64,000 nucleotides of DNA. Source: the human T2T-CHM13v2.0 reference genome, Homo sapiens. The notes beneath the pieces are model-generated. The model was not told the DNA's origin and did not search any database. It saw nothing but the letters and a program-made list of their open reading frames with translations. Location: NCBI RefSeq assembly GCF_009914755.1, contig NC_060925.1. The stretch is one strand, 5' to 3'. Below are positions 1 to 14,430 of this stretch, piece by piece (position 1 is the first letter of the stretch; each line of letters begins with the position of its first letter). The position numbers and the translations under genes were made by a program.

Positions 1-129
1 GTGTCAGCCTGGTGACATCCCTGATGGCTGATTTGTAACTGCAGAGGCCTCCGCCGGTGGGAGGCTTCCTTGGTCTACACCTGCCCAGCACTTTCCAGCC
101 CTACCCAGAACAGATTATGGGAATCACCG

Positions 130-440
130 AGTGCCATCAACAGGAGATTGACTAAATAAGTCATGGCACATCCATACCGTACAATACTCAGGGCCATCCA
201 GCAGGATAAAACACATCTGTAGTTATTGGTGGAGAAAGAGTTCCTCCACTTATCAATAAAGTAAGAAGGCACACTGTAAAACACAGAACGACCATTTTAA
301 AAAGTGTGTGTGTTTTATATCTGTGAGTTGTCTAAATTTATATACATGGAAAAACATCAGTGAGGACATCCCAGAAGATCAGCAGATGTTTTTTTACTTT
401 TTGAAATGCCCTATGTGTTTTTTGAACTAATGAAAATGAC
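130..440 (+). mobile_element. Old L1 (L1ME/MC-like) 3' UTR fragment
   Basis: ACTAAATAAGTCATGGCACATCCATAC...AATACTCAGGGCCAT resembles degraded L1M 3' end. Confidence 0.5.
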
Positions 441-824
441 AATACTTGGAAGGCTCTGTGACAGACACAATGGCAGGCACCTTACCAGCTTTATCACAGG
501 TAATCCTCGCATCAAGATGATGGAGGGAGGTAAAATTCTTTCCCTATTTTACAATGAGCACTGATTACTTTTATTAGGAGAAAAAAATGGAAAAGCTATT
601 TGCACTTTTTTAAAAAAACACATTGGTTGGATATGACTGCATCAAATATACTAGGCCAAGTGGGAAATCTAAAGATGTTTGGGAGTGGCCCTTGACTTCA
701 AGAAGTTTCCAGCCCCAGGTGTCTAAATAACAAGAATACCTGTTCACACTTGGTAAGTGGACCAAGGGAGAAACCGGAGATGTGTTATGAGAACACAGAA
801 CAAGACATGGCTTTAAGGGCAATG

Positions 825-1030
825 AAACAAATATTTATTGGGCAGCTACTATGTGCCTACTGCTCTGAGCACTTTGTCTCATTTTGGGCTCACAACAGCC
901 TTCGAGGTTAATGTAACTTCCACCCTTGTACCCTTGAGGAAATGCAAGCTCCTGACTTTTTCCAGGGCTATGAAATTAGTAGTAGTGGAGATGGGATTCA
1001 AACTTCTGTCTCCAAATCTGATGCCATCTC
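825..1030 (-). mobile_element. MIR SINE
   Basis: ATATTTATTGGGCAGCTACTATGTGCC...GGGATTCAAAC matches the MIR reverse complement. Confidence 0.7.
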
Positions 1031-1146
1031 TCCTGCCCTCACCATTCCCAAAATCCCTGGGGATATATTAAGGACAAAGCAGCTTTCGAGGCCAACCTTG
1101 CTTCATAGGTCATGTTTCAACAGCAGGAGAGGAAAAGAAGGCAATT

Positions 1147-1300
1147 CTCTCTCCAAGCCTCAGTTTTCCCACCTTTAAATTGGGGGTACTCATACCTACT
1201 TCATAGGGTTGGTGTGAGGATTAAAGGAGAAATCCAAGGTATTGCAGGGCAGATGCAGTAGAGATAATCCTGAGCTTAAAGCACCTGGATAATATGCCTG
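1147..1300 (+). mobile_element. MIR fragment
   Basis: MIR core GCCTCAGTTTTCCC...CCTACTTCATAGGGTTGGTGTGAGGATTAAA. Confidence 0.7.
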
Positions 1301-1873
1301 GCCAGGGGGAGTGTTTGGTGACATAGAAGCTGTATGGGTTCTGGAATCAGGCCGCATGGGTTCTGAGAACCTGGGGAGGCTTCCTGGAGGAGGTAGCCTT
1401 GAACTGGGTCTTGCAGGTGGTGGAGCTAGGGCACCCCTTGGGGACCCTGCACCTTGTAGCAATCACTCTGCTTCAGCCAGATGCAGCAAAGAATCATTTA
1501 TGGAACTTCTACCCAGTGCTTAAGACATACAATCCTAACTGTGACCCTGTGAGGTGGCTGTCACTATGCTCATGTTTTAGATAGGGAACTTGAAGCTCAA
1601 AAGACTAAGTAATGTGTCTAGGGTGGTGGCATGAAGGTTGACGCCAGGCGCATCTGACCACCAAACCTGTGCCACTCATACAGTAAAAACCCAGTCCCCG
1701 AAGGTTAGAGCTGGTCCCACTCCCCACATGACCCCATCCGACTTCACAGCCTGGGCTCAATCCAGCTTTCTGCCTTACTTGCTGTGTTACCTTAGAAAAT
1801 GTACCCCAATTTTCTGATCCTTGGGTTCCTTATCTGAAAAATAGACAAATGGACCAAGGGAGTCCTTAAGTAA

Positions 1874-2226
<353 letters not shown>

Positions 2227-2334
2227 AACTTAGAAGAATTTCTGTGAAGATTAAACAAGATGCTATATCTGACATGCTCAGCACAGCCCCTGGAATAGTA
2301 TAAATACCCAACAGTTGATAGCTACTTTGTTATT

Positions 2335-2712
2335 TGACATGGTTTGGCTCTGTGTCCCCACCTAAATCTCATGTCAAATTGTAATCCCCACGTGTTGCAG
2401 GACGTGGTGGGAGGTGATTGGATCATGGGGGCAGACTTCCCCCTTGCTGTTCTCGCTGTTCTTGTGAGCTCTCATGAGATCTGGTTGTTTAAAAATGTGC
2501 AGCGCTCCCTGCTTTGCTCTCTCTCTCCTGCTGCCATGTGAAGGTGTGCTTGCTTCCCCTTCAACCTTCCGCCTTGATGTAAGTTTCCTGAGGCCTCCCC
2601 AGCCATGCCTCCTGTACAGCCTGTGGAGCTGTGAGTCAATTATACCTCTTTTCTTTATAAATTACCTGGTGTCAGGTAGTTCTTTATAACAGTGTGAGAA
2701 TGGACTAATACA
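2335..2712 (+). mobile_element. MaLR solo LTR (THE1D/MSTA-like)
   Basis: TGACATGGTTTGGCTCTGTGTCCCCAC...GGACTAATACA termini; 5-bp TSD TTATT/TTATC. Confidence 0.9.
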
Positions 2713-2912
2713 TTATCATTGCTATTATTATGACAATGACTGTTTCAATTATTATTAAGGCAAATAATATCTATTAAGCAGGCATCACAATTTCAAATGC
2801 CTACAGAGGCTGAACAGGCAACACAAATCTATGAATAGGGCAGTGAGCAATAATGGGGCATGGTGGAGTCTGTGGCAAATTGGAGTGTGCATGCCTTTGC
2901 TTAAAGGCACTC

Positions 2913-3654
2913 TGTGAAATAATTAAAAAATAAATATTTAATCTTTTTGTCTGGTTTCTAGTTCTCAGCAGGGTTTCTGAGTTTCTCGGAATTTACTGTA
3001 CTTTGCTTGCTAGTGAGGGGACTCCCAAAGAGCTTCAGGATGAGAGCTAGTCACCAAAAAGACCAAGCCATGATTAGAGGGTTGAAACTTTCAGCACCAC
3101 CACTCATCTCTGGGAAGCGGAGAGGGGCTGGAGATGGAATTTAATCACCCATGGCCAAAGATTGTAATCAATCATGCCTAAATAATGGAACCTCCATAAA
3201 AACCCCTTAACAATGGGGTTCAGAGAGTTTCTGAGTTGGTAAACACATGGAGGTGCTGGGTGGGAGGGTAGGGGGCCGGGAGAGGACACAGAAGCTCTGC
3301 GCCCCTCCACCAGTACCTTCCATCTGGCTGTTCCGGAGTTGTACCCTTTGTAACAAGCCAGCAAACATAAATGAAGTGTTTTCCTAAATTCTGCGAGTCA
3401 TGCAAGTGAAATATTGAGCCTGAGGCGGGGTCAGGAGAACTCTCGATTTGTAGCCAATTGGTCAGAAGTCTGGGTGATCTCCTGGGACCAGTGTCTGAAG
3501 TCAGGCAGTTTTGGGGGACTGAGCCCTTCACTTGTGCAGTCCGCATGCATTCCAAGTAGTTACTGTCGGAATTGAATTGAATTATTGGACCCTCAGTTGG
3601 TGTCGGAGAATTGCAGAATAGGTGTGAAAAAACAACAACATAATTTAGTGTCAG
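2913..3654. mobile_element. MER21-family LTR
   Basis: GACCAAGCCATGATTAGAGGGTTG, ATCAATCATGCCTA, TAGCCAATTGGTCAGAAGT motifs typical of MER21. Confidence 0.8.
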
Positions 3655-3717
3655 CTTAAGAAGACAGCAAGGTAGCACATGGCCAAACTAAAAATAATAA
3701 TAATATTTTAAAGTACA

Positions 3718-4010
3718 GGCTGGGTGCAGTGGCTCATACTCGTAATCCCAGTGCTTCAGGAGGCCAAGGTGGGATGATTGCTTGAGTCCAGGAGTTGACC
3801 AGCCTGGCCAACATGGCAAGACCCTGTCCCCACAAAAAATTTACAAATCAGCCAGGCATGGTGGTGCACACCCATAGTTCTAGCTACTCAGGAGGCTGAG
3901 GCGGGAGGATCTCTTGAATCCGAGAGGTGAAGGCTGCAGTGAGCTATGATCACACCACAGCACTCCAGCCTGGGCGATAGAGCAAGACTCTGTCTCAAAA
4001 AAAATAAAAA
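3718..4010 (+). mobile_element. AluJ
   Basis: Dimeric Alu with J-type right arm; TSD AAAGTACA(G). Confidence 0.9.
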
Positions 4011-5218
4011 AAGTACAGCACAGTGTCAAGTGACTGAAGGAGGCCCAGGGTGAATCCTGAGGGGCCAGCCATGCTTGGTTGGTGGTTACCCCAGTGTCTG
4101 CTAGGTGACAGTTCACTGAGCCAGTTAATAAAGTATTGTACTTGTTTCTGTCTGTGTTATTACTTTACCATATGTAATAAATCTCAAAAGCTGTTTATAA
4201 GTATTTAACTATACAAGTCAAATAAAAAACATCTAAGGACCAGATCTGGCCCCCAGGCAGTGCGTTTACTACCCCTGAGTTAGGTACTCCTCCCAGAACG
4301 AGAGCACCTGGCATGCTGCAATCACCTGGGTACCAGGAGTTAAGAATCTCATCGAGTAAGAGCTGGCAGAATTGGAACAGGACCAGAAGAGCTCATCTGG
4401 TCCATGCACATATGCTATTATCATTCCCATTTCTCAGATGAGGCCACTGAGGCCCGGAACATCAGAAGGCATCATGTCACTTGGGACCTTAAAATTCCCA
4501 ACAGCCTGACTCTTTTGTCCTGTCTTCTTCACAAGCCTCATGAAGCCCCCCAGCAAGCTGGTGTCTAGAAAAGGCAGGCGGGGTTGCGAGGTTATCTCAG
4601 TCGGCTTTTATGTTCTTGATTCCCCCTTGTTGCGATTTCAATTATTATTTTAGCGATGCTTTTCAAAAATACTCCAAAGCCTTCAGGCATTAATGTCTCA
4701 TCAACCTGGATTCATCATAGTTGTGATTACAATCTTCTTAAGAATAATAATTCTCTGCATTGGCCATCAACTTGTCAGTAGGCAAGCTCAAAACACTTAG
4801 CAGAGGTTGACTCATGCCCCCGAGGCTGATCAGAGACAGAAATTTTCTCCCCAGATATTCAGCAATCTTGGTTATAACTCAGGGCACCATGCAGCCACCA
4901 GCGGTCTCCAGTAATAGAGCCAGGCTCATCTCTAGGCACTGGATGACATCACATCAGTGCTGCCTCCCACCGTGGATCCCAAGATGATTTGAGGCTGTAC
5001 AAGGCAAAGCATTGAATAAACATTGACTTACATTAAGAGATAACCTCTCATTCATTCCTTTCCCATTTTTTCTCGCAGATTTCAACAAGTAGAAAGTCTC
5101 AGTCTTGTTCTCATCTGTCCTTGACACCTCTGTATTCCTCTTCAACAAAGAAAGAACAAGCCCCAGGCTCAGATGAGAGGTCTGTCGAGAATTTAATAAT
5201 GTAAATTTGCATTAATCA

Positions 5219-5510
<292 letters not shown>

Positions 5511-5717
5511 TATCATAGTTACATGGCCATCTTGTATCTATGTTAAGTGACGTTGGTATGATGAAAATTTCCTTTTCAAAGGAATTGTTTAAGTAAGTAA
5601 AAGGTGAATCTAAAAAATATATAATAATTTAGGTCACAGGTCTGCAAACTATGAGTCGAGTCAAATCTGGCCAACTGCCTGTTTATGCACCGTTCACAAA
5701 CTAAGAATGGATTTTAT

Positions 5718-6044
<327 letters not shown>

Positions 6045-6069
6045 TCAAAGGAAGAATACTATTTTGTGG

Positions 6070-6358
6070 GAGTCAGCCATGGTGACTCACACCTGTAATC
6101 CCAGCATTTTGGAAGGCTGAGGCAGGAGGATAGCTTGAGGCCTGGGGTTCAAGACCAGCCTAGGCAACATAGCAAGACACCATTGCTACAAACAATTTAA
6201 AAATTAGTTGGGCATGGTGGAGTACATCTGTGGTCCCAGCTACCTGGGAGGCTGAGGTGGGAGGATCACTTGAGCCCAGGAGGTTGAGGTTACAGTGAGT
6301 TATGAGCACACCACACACTTCAGCTTGGGTGACACAACAAGACCCTGTCTCTAAAAAT
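6070..6358 (+). mobile_element. AluJ
   Basis: Dimeric Alu, J-type arms; TSD AATAnTATTTTGTGG. Confidence 0.9.
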
Positions 6359-6899
6359 AATAATATTTTGTGGTAGTGACAAATATATGAAGTTCAAATT
6401 TCAGGGTCCATAAATAAAGTTTAATTGGCATACATCCAGGTTCATTAGTTTACTTCTTGTGTAAGGCTTCTTTCCTGCTACAATGGCACAGTTGAGTAGT
6501 TGCAACAGACAATGGGCTGCAAAGTCTAAAATATTTATTATTTAATCCTTTATGGAAAGAGTTTGCCACCTCCTGGTGGAGGTGGTTAGCTAATATGGCA
6601 AAGATCTTGGTGATATGGCAAAGATCCAGTGAACTCCTCACTGAAACTCTGGGAGATTGTCATCATTTATTTCCACCCAGTTTATAGGTGAGGAGGAAAC
6701 TAAGGCTCAGCGAGGTTCAGTGGCTTCCCCAAGGTCACACAGCTAGTCAGCAGCAAGCAGGGATTTGAAATCAAGTTAGATTTGAAAGGGGCAGGAGGAT
6801 ACACAGGGCTAAAAATAACATATGCTTTACTGAGCTTTCTTTCCACAACTCACACCCGCTCCGTTCTGCATGTCCCCCACACACTTCCCACTATCTCTC

Positions 6900-7028
6900 T
6901 TTTTTATTTTTATTTTTTATTTTTATTTTTTAAGAGATGATATCTCTCTATGTTGTCCAGGCTGGATTTGAAGTCCTAGGCTCAAGAGATGCTGCCACCT
7001 CATCCTCTCGAGTAGCTGGGACTGCAGC
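6900..7028 (-). mobile_element. FLAM-like Alu monomer
   Basis: T-rich tail followed by a single monomer. Confidence 0.75.
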
Positions 7029-7524
7029 CCTTCCTCTTCTGCCCTCACTCTATGGGAGGAAGCCGTGGATTCATCATCATTTCCTAATAATGTGGCTCGT
7101 CTCCTCAAGCTCAGGACAGGCCCCTGGGGAGGGAACTGTGTCTTATACAAAGTTCACACACTTTAGCAGGACAGGAGAGGTCCTCTGCGGCTTGAGCCTG
7201 GTCTCCAGCCTCACCTCACCTCTCCCTTGCTTATGTTTGATGCTCCAGCGATCCTGAATTGTAACTCCCAAACCCGTCCCCAAGTAATATCACTACCAGT
7301 TACAACTTCCCAAGCCTAATGTGCTAGCTCAGGATTCTACCTTTACACAGGCTGTTCCTTCTGCTGAAAACCCTCCCTGCCTCTTTTATACCTAACTCCT
7401 ATTCATTTTTCAAAGCCTCAATCAGGCATCAGTATGGAAACCACTGTGTTCTCCAGTCTCACTCCCAACAGAGGAGATCTGTCCCCCGTGCTGCCTCCGT
7501 GCCTCCTGTTATTGATAAGACCGT

Positions 7525-7760
7525 AGAACGGGCAGCTTAGACTGCAAGTTCTGGAGCCAAACAGCCTGGGTTCCAGTCTGGCTCCTCCTAGTTCCAACTG
7601 TGTGTTCTTAGACAAGTGACTGAGCCTCTCTTTGCCTCAGCTGCTTCATCTGTAAAATGGGTGCAGTGACAGTAGATTGTGCCTGGCATCAGTGTTAGGA
7701 TTGAATAACACCCGTGAAACCCCTGCACATAGTAAGTGCTCAATAAATTTTCGCTGTTAT
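7525..7760 (+). mobile_element. MIR, near full length
   Basis: TCTGGAGCCAAACAGCCTGGGTTC...CATCTGTAAAATGGG...CACATAGTAAGTGCTCAATAAAT. Confidence 0.85.
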
Positions 7761-8103
7761 ACTGCACTGTATTTGCAGTTGTCAGTTTCTTTCCCCTCCC
7801 ACACACCCTGCAGTTGATCGATCGGGGGTTCTGTGGGACTGGAGACTGGCTCTTGCCTAAGGGGACAACTCCCCAGTGCCTAATGCAGTGTCAGATATGG
7901 GATAGATACTCAGTAAAGGTGAGTTCCCTCCCATCTTTTTCCTCCTCACCTCCACCCTACCCCTGCTCCCAGCTGAATCAAGCAAACTGAGCACAAGCAA
8001 ACTTGTACTAGCCTGCCCAAGTACAAGTCTGCTTTCTCACGGGGGTCCCAGGGCCATGCCAGGAGCTGCCCCTGCGGTGTCCCTTCCAGCCCCTTGAAAA
8101 TCA

Positions 8104-8478
<375 letters not shown>

Positions 8479-9026
8479 TCAGAGAAGAGTACCCTATAAA
8501 CACTGGTTTATGGGCCAGGAAACAGACTAAGAGGCTTGCCTTGTTCCTGAGTCAGTGGGACCTCAAACGAGGCCACAGCAGCGTCCTTGTTCCTGGTCCA
8601 GCCCCAGCCTCTCTCCTGTGAGTGGGCTTCCCTGCTAAACATAAATCTGTTAAAAAAAAAAAAAAAAACCCAGCCAAAGACATGCCTGAATGGTGTCCTC
8701 GCAGCTGGGCTGGGGGCCAAGGTAGCAGGAGGCAGAGCAAGGCCGAGCCTCCCCAGTCAAACCAGAGTCCCCATCCGTCTAAATGGAAAGGAGGTGGGTC
8801 AGCTGCAAAACAGGGCTGAAAGCCCGGGTATAACACCATAGCGAAGAGCTCCGGCCCTGGGTTCAAATGTGAACCTCACAACTTAATAGCTGTATAACCT
8901 TGGGCAAGGCACTTCACCTCTCTGAGCTTCAGTAAAATGGGAATAGTAGCATCCTGTCTCACAGAGTGGCCATGAGGATGAACAAGCACTGGAAAGTGCT
9001 TTGCACACAGAGCCAGGCACAAAGTA

Positions 9027-9700
<674 letters not shown>

Positions 9701-9949
9701 AAACCGGCCCTTATCCTCAGTGTAGGCACTTCCAGTGACTCACGGGAATCCTTGGGACCCCGTCTTTCCTTCTCCAGGCCTCAGCTCCTTCAGCGTAAGT
9801 CATTCCTTATATTCACCTCCTCAGGGTGGAGAATAGAAAGACCAGGCTTGTGGGGCACACTGGGAACAAGATGTGGATGGGCCAGCAGGGGTCATGAGAC
9901 TCATCTGGCCCCCATAGGACCATAATCACAACTAGTGCTTGGGAGCACT

Positions 9950-10290
9950 GCCTAAGCCAGGGTGCCCCCAAAAGCTGATCTGATACAAGGCTTCGTGTAC
10001 CTGAATATGTCGCTTACTGGGGTGAGAAGTTTGAGGTCAGAAGTTTGAGACCAGCCTGGCCAATATGGTGAAACCCCCCAATATGGTGAAACTGGGGAGG
10101 TGATCCCAGGATGAGGAAGTGAGACAGAAAAAGGAAGGCAGACAGCCACCTCCGCGGACAGCTAGTGTTCATTCCTTCCCAATGGGGGGATCCTGGGAGC
10201 CACTGGAGAACATGAGCCGAGGGATCTGGGGTCTTCGTACACCAACTCCCGTTTGCCACTTTACAGAGGGCTGCTATCTACATATGTGAT
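9950..10290 (-). mobile_element. Old MLT1-type LTR fragment hosting a short Alu-derived insert
   Basis: GGGAGGTGATCCCAGG...GAAGTGAGACAG..GGAAGGCAG motifs of old MLT1 LTRs. Confidence 0.55.
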
Positions 10291-10605
10291 GGAGGAGTGT
10301 TAATTCCCCATCACTTTATACCTGCGGAGGCAGCATGAAAAAATCCCAGGCAAAAGGTGGAAGGGGCCGGCAGCTGGAAATGGGGTGTGTGCTGTGGCCA
10401 ATGAGGGTGAGGGACAGTGGAGGCACCCACTGCACCTGCTACAAGCTCCTACTGTGTTCCAGGCACTCAGGCACCATCCACATGATTTCTCACTTAATCC
10501 CCCCAACAACCTTGAAAGATAGGCATCACTATCTCCTTTCTTTTTATTTTTTTATTTATTTTTTCTTATTTTTTTTCTCTCCTCTCTTTTTAAAGCAGCT
10601 TTATT

Positions 10606-11028
<423 letters not shown>

Positions 11029-11282
11029 CCGCTTTATATACCACAAAATTCACCCATTTTAAGTGGACAATTCAACTTTTTTTAGTCTATTTGCAGAGTT
11101 TGGCCACCATCGCCACAATCTAATGTTAGAACATTGCCCATTTGCAGTCACTCCCCATTTCCCCACCATGGACACCTCCCACCAGTCCTAGGCACTCATT
11201 AATTTCCAATTTCACTTATTTCACTATTTCCTGTCTCCATACATCTATCTATTCTGGACATTTTATATACATGGAGTCATAC

Positions 11283-11714
11283 TGTGTTAGTCTGTTTTTG
11301 CTATGTCATAGAGGAATATCTGCAACTGTGTAATTTATCAAGAAAGGAGGTTTAATTGGCTCATGGTTCTTCAGGCTGTACAGGAAGCACGGTACCGGCA
11401 TCTGCTTCTGGTGAGGGTCTCAAGAAGCTTCCATCATGGCAGAGGCAAAGGGGGAGGATGTGAGTCACATGGTAACAGCAGGAGTGAGAGAGGGTGTAAC
11501 GGGGCCGGGGGGTGGTTAATGCCACTCTTAAACTACCAGATCTCGTGTGAACTCACTGAGCGAGAACTTACTCATCACCAAGGGGATGGCACTAAGCCAT
11601 TTATGAGGGATCCACCCCGCACAATCCAAACACCCCCCACCAGGCCCCACCTCCAACATTGGGGATTACAATTCAACATGAGATTTGGAGGGGACAAACA
11701 TCCAAACCATATCA
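11283..11714 (-). mobile_element. MST (MaLR) solo LTR
   Basis: TGTGTTAGTC...CCAAACCATATCA termini; perfect TSD CATAC (11278-82/11715-19). Confidence 0.92.
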
Positions 11715-12859
11715 CATACAACATAGGGTCTTTTGTGTCTGGCTTCTTTCACCTAGCATAATGCTTCTGAGGTTTGTCCATGTTGTAAATGTTTCAACAC
11801 TTCATTCTTTTTTATTGCTAAGTGGTATTCCATCATATGGATGCACCACATTCTGTCTATCCCTTTATCTATTGATAGAAATTTGAATTGTTCCCACTCT
11901 CTGGCTATTGTGAATAGCCAACATGCTATGGACATTCACATACAAGTACTTGTGTGGACATCTGTTTTCACTTTCCTTGAGCAGATTTAGGAGTGGAATT
12001 GCCTGTTCATATGGTAACTCTGTTTACTATTTTGTGAAAACGCTTTTTCAAAGACACTGCACCATTTGACATTCCCACCACAATGGATGAAGCCTCCAAT
12101 TCTTGACCACCTTGTCACCACTTGTTATTATCTGTCTTTCCAGTGTAGCCGTCCTGCTGGGTGTGAAGTGGTATCTCACTGCGGTTTTGATTTGCATTTC
12201 CCTAAGGATGCAAAGCACTAAGCAAGTGGAGCAGCTTTCCATGTGAAAATCTTCTTTGGAAATGACTATTCAAATCCTTTGTCCATTTTGTAATTGGGTG
12301 ATATGTCATTTTTACCATCTCCCTTTTATGCAGAGCAGCTTGTGGGGACCAAGAAGCCTGACCCCTGGGCACTGCCCTACCCCAAGCTGTCTTCAGATCC
12401 CCATTTGACCTGATTGCCTGAGGGCAGAGTTAAACGCTGGATGAGAGTCGAACTTTTGATTCTTTGGAAACGGGCTGGGAGATTCCACATCACTCCTGCT
12501 TTCAGAGGCCTGTAATTACCAGAGAAGTCCCAGAGGAAAGTGCTTTGCTTCAGCCTGCTCCCCTCACCCAGATAAGCCTGCACCTCTTCCAGAACGAGGG
12601 ACCAGGTCACAGCCCAGGCCCATCCTGCCAGGTGCTCTGAGTTTGCAGACGTGTGTTGTGAACCATGTGGCTCCTTCAGCCTCCTACCCCCATCCCTCCC
12701 TGCCCTCCACTTGAGAGCATGGCCTGCTTTCTTCTGACCTCAGGTCTTGGCTCTACTTCTAGCTACTATTCTCGGCTCTTCTCCACAGTGCAATGATTGC
12801 ACTAATGGCCCTGTGGGTAACACCCCTGCTGGGCTGACCCAGCTCTCCTCTAGAAGTCA

Positions 12860-13370
12860 TCAGTCAGTCCTCTCAATGGACATTGTCTTAGCACCTGCTT
12901 GGTGCAGAATGCTGGGGACATGGAGAGAACAGGACAGTCTGTGCCCCTGACAAACCCCCAGCCTGGTGGAGGAGGCAGAACCATCAATGATTGATGGCAA
13001 TGAAGTTTTATGGGAGGAATATTAGGCATGAAAAGTCTATTGGAAAATTGTGGGGTGAGGGGTAGGAGGCAGAAGTGAAGCCAGTTTCATGGACAGCCTC
13101 ACTGTTGGAGGGTCGGGTTGGGAAAGGGCGTTCCAGGCAGAGGGAACAGCAAGACCATGGCAGAGAGGTGCAAAATATGTTTAGGGAAATACAGGTTGCT
13201 CTGAGTTGTTGGATCATAAAAGGAAGGAGTGGGGACCTAGTAGGGCTGGGGTCATAGAGGGTCTTGAGTGCCATGCAAAGGAGTTTGGAACAGGGGGAGT
13301 GAATGAGGGATTTAAGCAGGGAAGGGGCTGTTCAAATCTGTAGTCTGGAAAAACACAACTATGTAGATCA
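12860..13370 (-). mobile_element. L2 fragment
   Basis: GGGCGTTCCAGGCAGAGGGAACAGC and GCCATGCAAAGGAGTTTGGA, typical antisense L2. Confidence 0.7.
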
Positions 13371-13372
13371 GT

Positions 13373-13634
13373 TTCTATTTATTTATTTATTTAATTTGTT
13401 TATTTTGAGGTGGAGTCTCACTCTGTCACCCAAGCTGGAGTGCAATGGCATGATCTCAGCTCACAGCTGAGATTACAGGTGCCTGCCACCATGCCCGGCT
13501 GATTTTTGTATTTTTAGTACAGACAGGGTTTCACCATGTTGGCCAGGCTGATCTCAAACTCCTGACCTCGAGTGATCCACCCGCCTCGGCCTCCCAAAGT
13601 GCTGGGATTACAGGTGTGAGCCACCAAGCCCAGC
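13373..13634 (-). mobile_element. AluS with about 50-bp internal deletion in the right arm
   Basis: GCTCAC joined directly to AGCTGAGATTACAGG. Confidence 0.9.
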
Positions 13635-14056
13635 ACAGTATCTCTTTAAATGCAGCCCTCTGCTGCTCCCTGGGGTCTCTCGTGCTGCCAGGTAATTCCA
13701 CTACATTTCCCAATCCATTCACACTCCCACTCTCCTAAATGACCGTTTCACACCTTCCCTCTCCCATAGCTCTGACACCTCCTCCCCATCCCCCATCTCA
13801 GCTAATGACCTTCCTTGCTACTTATGAAGAAGAGAAGCAACCAGAAGAGACAGCCCACACCCATCCATCCCCTCATTCCCAACCTATGTGCCTCTGTGCT
13901 CTGTGGTTCCTTTTGTTGCTATGAGTGAACTCTCCCACTCTTGCCTGAGACCAATTCCTCCTCTTGTGTATTGGACCTCTTCAGCTAGGAAGGACATCCA
14001 TCAGCTGGCCCCTGTCTGCTGGGTCATTCTCCTCACCATACAAATCTCTACCTTAC

Positions 14057-14430
14057 TGATATGGTTTTGCCTTGTCCCCATCCAAATCTCATCTTGAATT
14101 GTAGTTCCCATAATCCCCATGTGTCTTGGGAGGGACCCAGTGGGAGATAATTAAATCACAGAGGCAGTTACCTCCATGCTGTTCTCATGATAGTGAGTGA
14201 GTTATCGAGAGATCTGATGGTTTTATAAGGAGTTTTCCCCACTTCGCTCTACACTTCTCTTTCCTGCCACCATGTGAAGAAGGACATGTTTGCTTCCCCT
14301 TCCACCATGATTGTAAGTTTCCTGAGGCCTCCCCAGCCCTGCAGAACTGTGAGCCAATTAAACCTCTTTTCTTTATAAATTACCTAGTCTCAGGTATTTC
14401 TTCATAGCAGCATGAGAACAGACTAATACT
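14057..14430 (+). mobile_element. THE1 (B/C-like) solo LTR inside an L2 relic
   Basis: TGATATGG...GACTAATACT; perfect TSD CTTAC (14052-56/14431-35). Confidence 0.92.

Larger units (their letters stand above)
2779..4277 (+). mobile_element. MER102 (hAT-Charlie) split into 5' (2779-2910) and 3' (about 4205-4277) parts
   Basis: 5' CAGGCATCACAATTTCAAATGCCTACAGAGG and 3' GGACCAGATCTGGCCCCCAGG...TACCCCTG match recalled MER102 ends. Confidence 0.65.
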
